Shown: positions 51,695-62,900 of the stretch, piece after piece
How the letters are laid out: the number at the start of each line of letters is the position of its first letter
How positions within the stretch are numbered: the stretch's first letter is position 1
Assembly: GCA_965198115.1 (NCBI GenBank)
Contig: OZ240241.1
Location: forward strand, 384,001 to 448,000
From: Candidatus Latescibacterota bacterium
Lineage (GTDB): Bacteria > Latescibacterota > UBA2968
Length of the DNA stretch: 64,000 bases
Direction: 5' to 3'
Notes under the pieces: generated by a model
What the model was told of the DNA's origin: nothing
The model's input: the letters and a program-made list of their open reading frames with translations, nothing else
The model's database searches: none
Position numbers and translations under genes: made by a program

Positions 51695-52905
51695 GCCGTG
51701 GCGTTCCTGGCTTTCTTGAATCGCCTGGCGGCGTTTGTGCGAAGCCGAACGGAAGCAAAGGGGCTCTCGACGACGTTCGTGGTTCTCAGGTGTTTCCAGT
51801 GTTCCTTCGGGAAGTCGTAGAACGTGACCATCCGATCCCAGTCTCTTTCGAGCGTCTCCACGGCGGCAGGGAACTGTGAGCGATACCGTGCGGCAAAGCG
51901 TTTCCGGAGCTTCTCGGCCTCCTTTTTCGTGCCGGCATAGGGGATCTGGACGAGCAGTGCGCGGGCTTCAGCCTGTGCACGCTTGGCGACCTTGTCGAGC
52001 ACGTTGAGGATCTTGTGGTTCCAGCACCGTTGTTGCCGGCTCTCTGGCCAGACCTGATCAACGGCCGCCCAGATGCCCATATTCCCGTCCGCGGCGATCA
52101 GGACAGGATGTTCGAGCCCGCGATCCCGGAGATTCCGGAGCACCGTGAGCCAGGATTCTGTAGACTCTCGATAACCGGGTTCTATCGCCAGGATCTCCTT
52201 GCTGCCGTCGCTCATCGCGCCGATCACGACCAGCAGACACGCCTTCTCGCGCTCGAGCCCGGCTTTGACGTAGATGCCATCAGCCCAGGCGTAGACCAGT
52301 TCGCGATTATCCAGACGCCTTTCTTTCCAGTCCTGGAAGTCGACCTCCCACTTCCCTCGAAGACGAGCGATCGAGGTCGGCGAAAGCGGCGCGCCATCAC
52401 CGAGCAGCGCACGCAAAGACAACTCGAAGTCGCCCTGGGAGAGACCGTGGAGATAAAGGTCGGGAAGCAGATCTCCAATGGCCCTGGTTCTCCGGGCGAA
52501 CAGGGGGAGGATGCGGCTTTCAAACCGCTCTTCCAGACCACGAGCCCGGGGACGCCGGACCTTGATCGTTCCGCAGCTCGTCGAGAGACGCCGGGGCTTG
52601 CCGTAGCCGTTCCTGTAGCCCCTGGAGCTATCGACCTCGGCTCGGCGCTCATACCACGACCGGCCCAAGAACGCGGTCGCCTCCTCCTCCGGAATGGACT
52701 GGAACCGGCCCTGGATCTCTTCACGGATCCAATCGTCAACCGTCTCCCACGTCGGCATGGACTTCAATGGGGCTCTATGCGTATGTTCCTTCACGGCGAT
52801 CCTCCTTCCCAACCGGGCCTCTCACCCGGTTTTGTGTGAATCAACTATCTCACGGGAAGGGTAGGGTCGCCCTTTCTCTTTTTCCACACCTTTTGATTAT
52901 AGCTC
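51695..52905 (-). mobile_element. IS256 copy D, 3' truncated
   Basis: Left end at 52905; transposase runs to ...RNATA and then into ISL3 sequence. Confidence 0.9.
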
Positions 52906-53117
52906 GTTGGATTTTGCCCACAACAGGTCGGTGGATTGGGTGGTCTTCTTCTTGTCCCTGCACGTTTATCAGTCCGTGTAGAGCTGGTAATGTCTTAGGT
53001 TTCCTGCAAAAGAAGCGGCGTGAACTATCTTCCTGAGGTCCCAAAAAACCTCACGCCCCGAGTGGGCACAGGCCACGCCGTATGAAGAAGCTATCGCCGA
53101 GTGTTAAGCTTCGGGTC

Positions 53118-54498
53118 AAGTCCCATAGTCAGTTGAAACTCATCGGGCTCCGTGGTATTCATGCTCTCTGCCGAGCATCTTGATTGTCGCCGAGATTCAG
53201 GTTGTTTTTCAGTGCTTGCCTGAGCAGCGGGAGGTGTTTGTATCCGCTCACGCGTCGCAGGCGTGGTTCGATGTCGAGGAGTGCGGCCGCGACCCATCTG
53301 TGTCGCTGAGGAGAGTTGTTCCAGCGGTTGACCTTCCGTATCAGGTTGCCGGTCATGCTGTTGAGCGCCTCGATGCAATTGGTGGTTCGGAAGCTTCGCT
53401 TCAAGAACGGGAGCATCCCCAGCCGGTGGAGGGTCAGGGTTTCCTCCAGTCCTTCCTCGAGGCTTGCCACGGCAGACTGATTCATCAGCTTGAGTTCGGG
53501 TTTGAGTGATTCGAGTGCGGCCTTTGCCTCCTCGTAGGTGTCGCAGTCATAGGCTTTCTGAAGTTTCCGTCGAACTCTTGGACGTTCTGCCTCCGGGAGG
53601 TAGCTGACGACGTTCTCGCGCTTGTGCCACTGACAGCGATGCACGCACACATCCCCTTTGAGGGCTTTGGTGACGGCACTGCGGAGTCCCTTTGAGCCGT
53701 CCAGCACAACGAGAAGGCCCTGGTCGTAGCACAGGCCTCTCCGGATGAGATCCTGGATCAGCTGACGGCAGATCCGTTCGTTCTCCGTCGCCGATTCGAC
53801 GAAGCCCAGGGGGATCTTCTGGCCGTCCGTCGTGACGCCCGGAGCGATCACGATCTCTTCGTCGGCAAAGCTCTTTCCGTCGATGAACAGGGCGACCAAG
53901 TCGTAGTCGTCGAGCGGTCGTTCCTGGAACTGCTTCAGCTTCTTTGCGGTGGCTTTGATGAACCGTCGCGAGACGGAGGATGCCGAGATTCCGAACGCTT
54001 CGGGTACCGACTCTGCACAGGCTCTGTAGTTGCGACAGGAGATTCCCTTGAGCACACGAAGCAGCAGCTTCTCATCCATCGCTCTGGGCCTCTGCATCCC
54101 CCGGTATGCGGCCAGAGAAACCTCCGTATCGGACTCGACGTCGCGCACACGGGGAACGGCCACCGGCAGCTTCTGGTCCATCAGATACACGGACCCTTTC
54201 TGGCTTCCCCATCGACGATGCGACTGCTCTGAACCCTTACGCGCATACCGAACGCCTGCGAGCTGCTCCACCTCCTGCTGGAGCACGTCGGCAACGGCCT
54301 CCAGACCCAGCGGAATCAGCGCCCGGATCACCGATAAACGCGTCTCCAAATCCATAACGTCTGACCCAACCTTGACTTCGCCATCCCCCTGCAAATAGCT
54401 TCTCCATCGTGGGCTCCTTTCTTACGGGTACACGCTCTCACACGTCTACCCACAACGTAAGTTTGGAGCCCTTTAAGTTTCAACTAGGATAGGGACCT
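53118..54498 (-). mobile_element. Second, distinct IS256-family element
   Basis: IRs GTCCCTATCCTAGTTGAAAC / GTCCCATAGTCAGTTGAAAC; no TSD seen. Confidence 0.85.
53159..54394 (-). CDS. IS256-family transposase
   Basis: LFIDG, VLDGSKGL, HRCQWHK, RTTNCIEALN. Confidence 0.9.
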   Translation of the reverse strand: MQGDGEVKVGSDVMDLETRLSVIRALIPLGLEAVADVLQQEVEQLAGVRYARKGSEQSHRRWGSQKGSVYLMDQKLPVAVPRVRDVESDTEVSLAAYRGMQRPRAMDEKLLLRVLKGISCRNYRACAESVPEAFGISASSVSRRFIKATAKKLKQFQERPLDDYDLVALFIDGKSFADEEIVIAPGVTTDGQKIPLGFVESATENERICRQLIQDLIRRGLCYDQGLLVVLDGSKGLRSAVTKALKGDVCVHRCQWHKRENVVSYLPEAERPRVRRKLQKAYDCDTYEEAKAALESLKPELKLMNQSAVASLEEGLEETLTLHRLGMLPFLKRSFRTTNCIEALNSMTGNLIRKVNRWNNSPQRHRWVAAALLDIEPRLRRVSGYKHLPLLRQALKNNLNLGDNQDARQRA

Positions 54499-54704
54499 CA
54501 CCCCCCAGCCTCGTTCGTGTGGTAGACGTGAAAAAGGCGCTCCGCGTTGACGTGGTAGTCGTCGCGATTGTATTCGTAGTGAAGGAAGATGAACAGAATC
54601 AAGGCGCAGGTGATGCCGAGACTGAGGCTCACGACGCTGATGAGGGTGACCATCTTCTCAGCGACGACGTATTGCCAGGCGATTTTGATGTAGTTGGCCA
54701 GCAC
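54498..54704 (-). pseudogene. 5' fragment of a MacB-type ABC permease
   Basis: LANYIKIAW...ISVVSLSLGITC...YNRDDYHVNAERLF; cut by IS256. Confidence 0.75.
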
Positions 54705-54714
54705 AGATTTTTTG

Positions 54715-56133
54715 GGCTATATCCGGATCTCTCAACGAGATGAAGTGGGTGAAGGTGCCGTGGTTCCTGGCATGGGGGCGCGGTTAGCGTGTGCGGAACC
54801 TCTTCGGAATCTGCTCAGGGATGTTTATGTCTCCGACGGTAAGGAAGATCATATCGTAATGCGTCGAGTGTGCGGAATCCGCTGGCTCGGTTTCTTGACG
54901 ATTTGGACGATTCGGTTGAGGCCTTCGGCGATGGCGTTGGTAAGACGCGTGTTCACGAATGCGAGGACGCCGAAGAAGTGCTGTCGCAGGGTCCTGACGA
55001 ACTTTCGCAGGGGTTCAAGTCGACTTCTGAGTGCGGACGTCGTCCAGCATTTCAGGAAGCGTTCGGCAGCCCAGGGCGCTTTGTATTCCCAGAACTGCTC
55101 GAACTCGTCCTTGAGTCTCCAGGCTCTATAGATTCGGTAGTTCGCCTTCTCCAGTGCTTTGAGTGTCCGAGTATCCCCTCTGGAGCGTGTCGCTGAGTGC
55201 CGGTAGAGGAGCCATCGGAGGCCCTTCATGGCTTTGCGCTCATCCGGGGCAGCTTTACGCCACTGGTCCTTACGGACCTCGTCAACGGCGGCATTGAGAG
55301 CCTTGACGATGTGAAAGCGATCGAGGACCAGCTTGGCATTCGGACAGTGTTCCTGGATGGCTCCGATGTAAGCTTCGCTCATGTCGCAGCAGGCCCACTC
55401 GATCTTGGATCTCTGGTAGGGACTGAGAGCCTCTGTGAAGAACCGATCGATCGTTTTACGCGCCCTGCCGCGGCCAACCCACACCACGCAGGAGCGGTCC
55501 AGATCGTAAACGAGCGTGGCGTACCTGTGACGCTTGGCGTAGGAGATCTCGTCGATCCCGATGGTTTTGAGCCCTCGGATACGATGACCTTCACGAAGCC
55601 GCGTGATGGATCGGTGAAGGAGATCCGACAGCGTCGAGGCAGAGATGCGCAGTAACTCGGACGCCGCCTTCTGCGTCATGGTCTGGCAGTAGCGCAGCAT
55701 GGCATACTCGAAGCGATACGTCACCCGAGAGAACCGCTCCGCCCACGGAATCTCCTCGACCACACGACCGTGGGTAGGACACCGAATCTCCCGAGGATGG
55801 TAGAGAAGCCAGACCCTCCACCCGCACACCGGAATGTCACGCCACCGACGCGGATGGGGCATTGTGCGGACGATTTTACCTCGACGGCCGCACTCCGGAC
55901 AACAACAACCATTCTTATGTGGCTTTACGGCGATGACGAAACAGCTTCTCCCCTCAAACCACCAGCTGACAACACGGAACCCCTTGAATCTCAGCAGTTT
56001 CGATAGTAATCTGCTCCCGGTCATAGGTCGCACCCCCTTCGCTTTGATTGTCCTACACACACAACCAAGCGTAGGGAACGATCTATGACCTTATCATTCT
56101 ATAGTTTCACCGTTGAGAAACCCGGATAGAGCC
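54715..56133 (-). mobile_element. ISL3 copy E (small indels near the 3' end of the transposase)
   Basis: Both IRs present; 8-bp TSD ATTTTTTG at 54707-54714 and 56134-56141; ORF 54849..56060 diverges at its C-terminus. Confidence 0.93.
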
Positions 56134-56182
56134 ATTTTTTGGCTCTCACTCGTGCGTTTGTGAGGAAGTGTCCGAAGCGCGC

Positions 56183-56645
56183 TTACTCATAACGCAAGGC
56201 TGTGACCGGATCCTGGCGCGCGGCATGAACCGCTTGCCATCCGATCGCCAGCACTGCGACGATCAGTCCCGTCATGACCCCAGCCACGAATGGTGCGGCG
56301 TCTGGCTGGATTCGGTAGGCGAATCCCTCGAGCCAGGCACTGGACGCGTGGTAGGTCACTGGTGTGGCGATGACGCCCGCGATGAGGACGAGCGTGAGAA
56401 ACTCACGCGTGAGCATCGCTACGATGTGCCGTTCTGTTGCGCCAACGGCTTTTCGGACGCCGATTTCGCGGGTTTGCTGCTGGACCGTGTATTAGGCGAG
56501 TCCGACGAGTTCGAAACACGCCATGAGTCCTACGAGGAGGCATACACCGATCCCGACGGCAAGACCGAGGATGTTGATCAGAGAATAGCCGGGATGACGG
56601 GTCGGGCTCTGAAGGCGATGGTGAGTTAGTTTCGGAGCACCTCAT
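56183..56645 (-). pseudogene. 3' fragment of a MacB-type ABC permease
   Basis: REIGVRKAVGA..., WLEGFAYRI...AARQDPVTALRYE. Confidence 0.75.
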
Positions 56646-56714
56646 CCTTTCAGGTCGCCTCGCTGTGATAGTGCGATCGTTACGCTAAATCTCCACACGC
56701 TATCAGTTTGTAGT

Positions 56715-56772
56715 CCACTCTTTTGTGACCAAAAGAGTGGCAGAAAAGTCCCGCTCAGTCGCCGCGGGGGCT
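56715..56772 (-). repeat. Second copy of the hairpin-ended dispersed repeat
   Basis: AGCCCCCGCGGCGACTGAGCGGGACTTTTCTG + CCACTCTTTTG-GTCA-CAAAAGAGTGG on the minus strand. Confidence 0.7.
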
Positions 56773-57711
56773 GGTAGCCTCGGCCGGCAGTCTATGCGGT
56801 GCCAAGGACGAACATCCAGTAGCCGACATGCTCCACCCCCCTCCCTTGCCGTCCGCCGGTATCTGGGTCGCCTTACAGCAGAACCGCTTAACATGTTGCG
56901 TTGGCGGACCAGCAGCCGTAGGCGGTGGAAGGAACATCGGGGCCGCCTTTCGCCTTTCCCTCGGCGCCATCCCGTGGACTGCAGGAACTACATAAGGGGC
57001 CCACCAGAGCAAGAGCGCGTTCACCGGTCGATACCAACGTCATTTCGGATCCGTTATCATTCAGTGGGAACGACTAAACGTGGGAACGAGTGGTTTCAGA
57101 CTTCAAAGATACTGTAGGGAGATGCGATTGTGGACACCTTCATCGATCGAGGGACGCGGATCAACGTCGAGGTCGGCAGCGTGCGCAGGCCGGAGATGAT
57201 ATAGTAGACTGTCGATCTGCAGCAGCTTCTGCGGAGCCGCACTTGACATTGTCGTGCAGCCGCGTGATCATTCCGGCACTGAAGGGGGCGCACTTCCGGG
57301 GCTAAGCTGGATCCTTAGCAATGGAGTGCGCCTTTTGCGCATTCCGTTCAAGGGGGAAGTTACGCCTCTTACGGGGCGGGCGGCACTGTAAGCGGTGTTC
57401 TGTCGAAGAGATAGTTGGCGGTTGTGACAAGAGTCGGAGGCTGTGCCGTGACCTTACACAAGTATCAAGAGTTCATAAATCTGGACGTTGCACGAAAGTT
57501 CCCAGGGGGCAGAAGCGAGGGTATCCAAGTCTATGTGTCTGAGATTGCGTGCTATACCGAGCATCCTGACTTGCGCCACAACATGCGTCGCCTAGGGCCC
57601 GATCGGTTTACCGAACATCGGCGCTATCACCAGTTCGTCGATCACGGGACCCAAGTGTGTGGGATCATTGGGTGCTGACGAGGACGAAAAGGGTGCGACA
57701 GGCCTCGCGCC

Positions 57712-59085
57712 GAGCTATAATCAAAAGGTGTGGAAAAAGAGAAAGGGCGACCCTACCCTTCCCGTGAGATAGTTGATTCACACAAAACCGGGTGAGAGGC
57801 CCGGTTGGGAAGGAGGATCGCCGTGAAGGAACATACGCATAGAGCCCCATTGAAGTCCATGCCGACGTGGGAGACGGTTGACGATTGGATCCGTGAAGAG
57901 ATCCAGGGCCGGTTCCAGTCCATTCTGGAGGAGGAGGCGACCGCGTTCTTGGGCCGGTCGTGGTATGAGCGCCGAGCCGAGGTCGATAGCTCCAGGGGCT
58001 ACAGGAACGGCTACGGCAAGCCCCGGCGTCTCTCGACGAGCTGCGGAACGATCAAGGTCCGGCGTCCCCGGGTTCGTGGTCTGGAAGAGCGGTTTGAAAG
58101 CCGCATCCTCCCCCTGTTCGCCCGGAGAACCAGGGCCATTGGAGATCTGCTTCCCGACCTTTATCTCCACGGTCTCTCCCAGGGCGACTTCGAGTTGTCT
58201 TTGCGTGCGCTGCTCGGTGATGGCGCGCCGCTTTCGCCGACCTCGATCGCTCGTCTTCGAGGGAAGTGGGAGGTCGACTTCCAGGACTGGAAAGAAAGGC
58301 GTCTGGATAATCGCGAACTGGTCTACGCCTGGGCTGATGGCATCTACGTCAAAGCCGGGCTCGAGCGCGAGAAGGCGTGTCTGCTGGTCGTGATCGGCGC
58401 GATGAGCGACGGCAGCAAGGAGATCCTGGCGATAGAACCCGGTTATCGAGAGTCTACAGAATCCTGGCTCACGGTGCTCCGGGATCTCCGGGATCGCGGG
58501 CTCGAACATCCTGTCCTGATCGCCGCGGACGGGAATATGGGCATCTGGGCGGCCGTTGATCAGGTCTGGCCAGAGAGCCGGCAACAACGGTGCTGGAACC
58601 ACAAGATCCTCAACGTGCTCGACAAGGTCGCCAAGCGTGCACAGGCTGAAGCCCGCGCACTGCTCGTCCAGATCCCCTATGCCGGCACGAAAAAGGAGGC
58701 CGAGAAGCTCCGGAAACGCTTTGCCGCACGGTATCGCTCACAGTTCCCTGCCGCCGTGGAGACGCTCGAAAGAGACTGGGATCGGATGGTCACGTTCTAC
58801 GACTTCCCGAAGGAACACTGGAAACACCTGAGAACCACGAACGTCGTCGAGAGCCCCTTTGCTTCCGTTCGGCTTCGCACAAACGCCGCCAGGCGATTCA
58901 AGAAAGTCAGGAACGCCACGACTCTCATCTGGCGTACGCTCAAGGTCGCAGAGAGCCGATTCAGGAAACTCACCGCGCCACACTTGCTACAACAAGTCTA
59001 CGATCAGAAACACTCAACCGGACCGCAGGTCGAAGCCGGGAAGATGGCCGCCTGATTTCTTTTACACACCTATTGACCTGAGCTC
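57712..59085 (+). mobile_element. IS256 copy E
   Basis: 8-bp TSD CTCGCGCC at 57704-57711 and 59086-59093. Confidence 0.96.
57805..59055 (+). CDS. IS256 transposase (intact)
   Basis: Same motifs as copy C. Confidence 0.95.
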   Translation: MGRRIAVKEHTHRAPLKSMPTWETVDDWIREEIQGRFQSILEEEATAFLGRSWYERRAEVDSSRGYRNGYGKPRRLSTSCGTIKVRRPRVRGLEERFESRILPLFARRTRAIGDLLPDLYLHGLSQGDFELSLRALLGDGAPLSPTSIARLRGKWEVDFQDWKERRLDNRELVYAWADGIYVKAGLEREKACLLVVIGAMSDGSKEILAIEPGYRESTESWLTVLRDLRDRGLEHPVLIAADGNMGIWAAVDQVWPESRQQRCWNHKILNVLDKVAKRAQAEARALLVQIPYAGTKKEAEKLRKRFAARYRSQFPAAVETLERDWDRMVTFYDFPKEHWKHLRTTNVVESPFASVRLRTNAARRFKKVRNATTLIWRTLKVAESRFRKLTAPHLLQQVYDQKHSTGPQVEAGKMAA

Positions 59086-59873
59086 CTCGCGCCTGAGGCC
59101 ATGCTCTCATTCATACCGAATAATGATTCCAACTACGTTGCGGGAAAGGTGCTCGAGCATGCCCACCCGGGCGATATTCTGAGCTTGTCGTTAGGGTCGA
59201 TTGGTGGTGGGTCGGTCGAGTACCAGTGGGGGTCAGCACTTAGCGATCTAAGGGATTCGGGCATCATTGTTGTGTGCAGTGCGGGCAACCGCAACAAGTT
59301 CCTCGATGCGCTCGACACTGAGGACCACCCGCACGGGACGTTCGACGCAGGGTGCATCGTCGTGGGTGCAGCAAGTCCAAATCAGCGGGAACTGATCCTC
59401 CCCATTCACCAAACTTCGTATGGGTCGCGGGTGAGCGCCAGTGGGCCGGGTAGTGGCGTTTATACGACCGAGTACGATCTCACGACCGAGGATGATGAGG
59501 ACTACGGGTTCTTCTCTCTGACGTCGGCCGCCGTACCTGTTGTCGCCGGCTGTTGTGCGGTGGTGCAAGGCATTCGAAAAGCCCGTGGATTCGGACCCTA
59601 CACACCCGCTGAGATGCGGACCGAGATCGAGGCCACCGGCAAGCCGCTCGACTTCAGATACGCTCCCGAGAAGGAAGGGTATCTTGGCAACTTCATGGAT
59701 CTTGATCCGCTGGTGAAGCGTGCTTTGCAAGTGCCGGATTATGACAACGATGGCAGGGTTGGATTCTATGATCTGACGGAGTGGACGAGGCAAGGGGCGA
59801 CGACATTCGATCGCCTTCTCGAGTTCGCACGCCACTACGGCAGGGCGTGGCCCGATGACTATCCACTGGCTTA

Positions 59874-60372
59874 GTGCATGGTTTCATAAATATTATTACG
59901 TATGTCCTGAACATTATTTGTAGCTTATGTTCTCCTTCAAAAGGAGGAGAACAATGCCAATACGTTCGCCTTATGTGGTGCTACTGTCTGAGAAGGAACG
60001 GGTCGACCTCGAGCGAATGGCTGGACAATATACGTTACCGTATTATCAAGTGATCCGATCGAAAATCGTGCTTCTCGCCGCCGAGGGATTATCCAACAAG
60101 ATTATCGCCCAACGGTTGGATGTCCCGCGTCCGATCGTAAGCAAATGGCGTAAGCGCTTTTTCGAAGAGCGTCTTTCGGGACTCGAAGATAGATCTCGTC
60201 CCGGGCGCCCGCCCGGTTTTCCCCCCTCAGGTGGTCGTTCAGATCAAGGCGCTGGCGTGTGAACTACCGAGCGAGAGCGGGATACCGCTCTCGCGGTTCA
60301 GCTGTTCCGAGATTGCCGCCGAGGCAGTGCAAAGGGGCTTCGTTGCCAAGATCAGCGGCGCCACTGTCTGGC
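59874..60372 (+). mobile_element. IS630-family 5' fragment (orfA plus start of orfB)
   Basis: RSKIVLLAAEGLSN...VSKWRKRF..GLEDRSRPGRP; frame switch at TTTTCCCCCCTC into IKALACELP...SRFS; truncated. Confidence 0.8.
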
Positions 60373-60388
60373 GTGGGGAAACGGCGAT

Positions 60389-61039
60389 TTGCAGCAGTCC
60401 TTCCTGTTGCTGACGAAAGAAGGGGCTGTGCTCGTCGACCCTGTGGAACCCAAGAGCAGAGCGGCGCTCGAACTATTGCGGACCCATGCGGGAGGGTCGT
60501 TCCTGGCCATCGTCAACACGAGTGTTCTGCACGATCGAGATGTCGAGTTTTTCAAGAAGCGTTTCAAGATACCCCTCTACGGGCCGCAGGCCTCGCCGCC
60601 ACGATCCAAGTTCTTCAAGAAAGTGGATGAATTCTACTCGGAGGGGAGTGCGCTCCCTGGTGGAATCCAGGCCATCGATTCGGGGGATGCGAACGGAGAG
60701 ACGTGGCTCTCCTGGAAGACACCGAGAGGTAAGCACGTGTTGATCAACGCCGACACGATCTATGGGCAGTCGCGTCGGGGCGGCCTCGACGGGGCGGCTT
60801 CTTCGTACTGGATGCAAGAGGGGGGCATTCGACTACGCATGACGGGTAAGTGCAGCCGCCGCGAAATGCGGAAGCGCTACGGCAAGCTGAGCGACCTCCC
60901 CGTCGACGTCATCATAAATGGTCACAATTCACTGCCGCTGGACGACAGCCCCAAGGACGCGATCGAGCAGGTGTTGGCCAAGGGCCAGTTCGAGAACAGT
61001 CGCGGGGTGACCTATATGTATATGGATTGGGGGGAGTAG
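60389..61039 (+). CDS. MBL-fold-like hypothetical protein, 5' end lost
   Basis: VLVDP, NTSVLHDRD, LINAD, INGH. Confidence 0.55.
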   Translation: MQQSFLLLTKEGAVLVDPVEPKSRAALELLRTHAGGSFLAIVNTSVLHDRDVEFFKKRFKIPLYGPQASPPRSKFFKKVDEFYSEGSALPGGIQAIDSGDANGETWLSWKTPRGKHVLINADTIYGQSRRGGLDGAASSYWMQEGGIRLRMTGKCSRREMRKRYGKLSDLPVDVIINGHNSLPLDDSPKDAIEQVLAKGQFENSRGVTYMYMDWGE

Positions 61040-61054
61040 CCGGTGGGCGGTTAG

Positions 61055-61090
61055 CCCTTCGCTACGCCTGCTGCGCAGGCTACTCAGGAC
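61055..61090 (+). repeat. REP-like palindrome with a nested hairpin
   Basis: CCCTTCGCTAC-GCCTGCTGCGCAGGC-TACTCAGG. Confidence 0.5.
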
Positions 61091-61128
61091 GGGTGGTGGG
61101 ACGAAGAGGCGGCCTATCGTATGAGAAT

Positions 61129-61160
61129 AGGGGATCGCGAGCGTATGCGATCCCTTTTCT
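61129..61160 (+). terminator. Intrinsic terminator
   Basis: GGGGATCGC...GCGATCCCT followed by TTT. Confidence 0.6.
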
Positions 61161-61319
61161 GTTTCTGGTGAAGTCGAGAAATCAAGGGTTGACGTTCGGC
61201 TGCCTTCCTCGCCGTGGATAACAGCGGCGATTCCAACTGCAACGAACAACCGTGACCCACTGGCTCACGGGTATCCCCTTCTTATCCGGAAGTCGCCTGA
61301 AACAGCGGTCGCGCCTTTC

Positions 61320-61543
61320 CAGTTTTTGCAAAATGCAATTTTGAAGTGTCGCATAGAATCACATACTAGTAGATATAAATATCATATTTACAGTATATTG
61401 AGTTAATATTTGGGATTCTATGTCTCGCAAAATGCAAAACGCGAGACTTTTAGCTGACTGTATCTTGGCAGTGATAACTGTCTAAAAAAACAAAGCTTAA
61501 TGAAGCGCAACCGTCTCAACTACGATGTGGCATTCGTGTTGCA
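61320..61543 (+). promoter_or_regulatory. Sigma54 promoter with upstream enhancer-like repeats
   Basis: TGGCATTCGTGTTGCA (-24/-12) at 61528-61543; repeated GCAAAATGCAA near 61328 and 61427; AT-rich IHF-like tract near 61485. Confidence 0.7.
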
Positions 61544-61754
61544 AGGGTGGGCGCGTGAGATGAAAACCATTCCACCTGGAGGTTGCGATGACCGATGCCG
61601 AGCACCATCACATCAAGACGATCCAATCGGCCATGCTTGCGTTCGATGTGGCTGTCGCAGCTGCCTGTCTTCGGCTCGGGGCCCACGACCGGGATCGAGT
61701 GCCGTCCATCCACTCAGACCGGGTCGATCGTCTCAGGGCTTCGAGGGAGGACGT

Positions 61755-62888
61755 ATGGGACACGTGAAAAGTAAACTCACACCTGCTCTGTGGGTGGCCA
61801 ATCTGATCATCGGCTTCGAGATCCTGTTCATGATTAGCCCATTTGCCGTCCATTTCTACTCCGCGTACGGACCGAGTCTGAACCTCTTGCATCAGTGGCC
61901 GGAGACCGCGTGGCTTTCATCGTTTTTCCTTCCCCATTTCGCTGAAACTTCATCCGGACTGCTGAACGCACTCCACGAGGCAGGCAGGGTGCTGGTCGTT
62001 CTGGGTGGCGTTCTTTTCGGGATCGGCGCGGGTCAAATCTACTACGCCAAATTCACGGGCAAAGGCGCCGTGACGGGCGGCCTGTATCGATTCAGCCGGA
62101 ATCCGCAGTATGTGGCATTCGCGGTGATGGGACTGGGCGTCGTTCTGGTCTGGCCCCGATTCACGGTTCTGATCGTGTTCGGCATCATGCTGTTCGCCTA
62201 CTATTTCCTGGCGTCGTGGGAAGAGAAGCTCTGCCGGGAAAAGTACGGGTGTGAATTCGCGGCTTACGCGGCACGGACTCCGATGTTCTTCCCGGGGTTC
62301 AATGGGCCTCGTCTGAGCCGAGTGACCTCGGCGATCGAATCGGCGTTCCGAAGGAACTCGGTTCGCGCCGTGGTCGTCGTGTGCACGGTAGAACTGATGG
62401 TTCTGGGAGGGCTCCAACTACAGAGCCACGTGATCGACCGGCTGTCTACATCCTACACGAAGGATACGGCAACGATCTCCGTGGTTGCCCAGCTGACCTC
62501 CGAAGAGATCGATCGAATCGTCGGGGTCGCGTTGAAAGATCCGACTGTGATGGAAAAATTGAAAGCAGCGGGCCTCGGTTCCGGCGTGAAATTTCTGAAC
62601 TACATCGTGCCGGCCGAGTGGTATCTGCCCGACGTTCCGCTCGAGGTCATTCCGGAAGGCATCCAGGGCCATCATCAGCCCACGCCTTCTGGAGACGGTT
62701 ACAAAGTTCTGTTCACGCGGGCGAAGACGACGGGGTGTGAGGGAGACGGGAAGACGATCATCCAGTGTACGTTCGGCAGAGAGCCCATCGTTGTCGCCAG
62801 TGTCGATGCTGCATCCGGCGCGCTGTTGTCGATCGCCGATCCTCCTCCCCACGTTCGTTGGGGCGACATACCGACTCCGCTGTTCTGA
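61755..62888 (+). CDS. Isoprenylcysteine carboxyl methyltransferase (ICMT/PEMT) family membrane protein
   Basis: VTGGLYRFSRNPQY, EEKLC..KYG..F.AY...TPMF; GGGAGG RBS. Confidence 0.85.
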   Translation: MGHVKSKLTPALWVANLIIGFEILFMISPFAVHFYSAYGPSLNLLHQWPETAWLSSFFLPHFAETSSGLLNALHEAGRVLVVLGGVLFGIGAGQIYYAKFTGKGAVTGGLYRFSRNPQYVAFAVMGLGVVLVWPRFTVLIVFGIMLFAYYFLASWEEKLCREKYGCEFAAYAARTPMFFPGFNGPRLSRVTSAIESAFRRNSVRAVVVVCTVELMVLGGLQLQSHVIDRLSTSYTKDTATISVVAQLTSEEIDRIVGVALKDPTVMEKLKAAGLGSGVKFLNYIVPAEWYLPDVPLEVIPEGIQGHHQPTPSGDGYKVLFTRAKTTGCEGDGKTIIQCTFGREPIVVASVDAASGALLSIADPPPHVRWGDIPTPLF

Positions 62889-62900
62889 TCGGAGCATAGC

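Larger units (their letters stand above)
57415..59874 (+). pseudogene. S8 (subtilisin-like) peptidase with dockerin-like tail, split by IS256 and a frameshift
   Basis: GIQVYVSE, HGTQVCGII, GLAP|EA across the TSD, SAGN, TSAAVPVVAG, DYDNDGRVGFYD. Confidence 0.8.
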
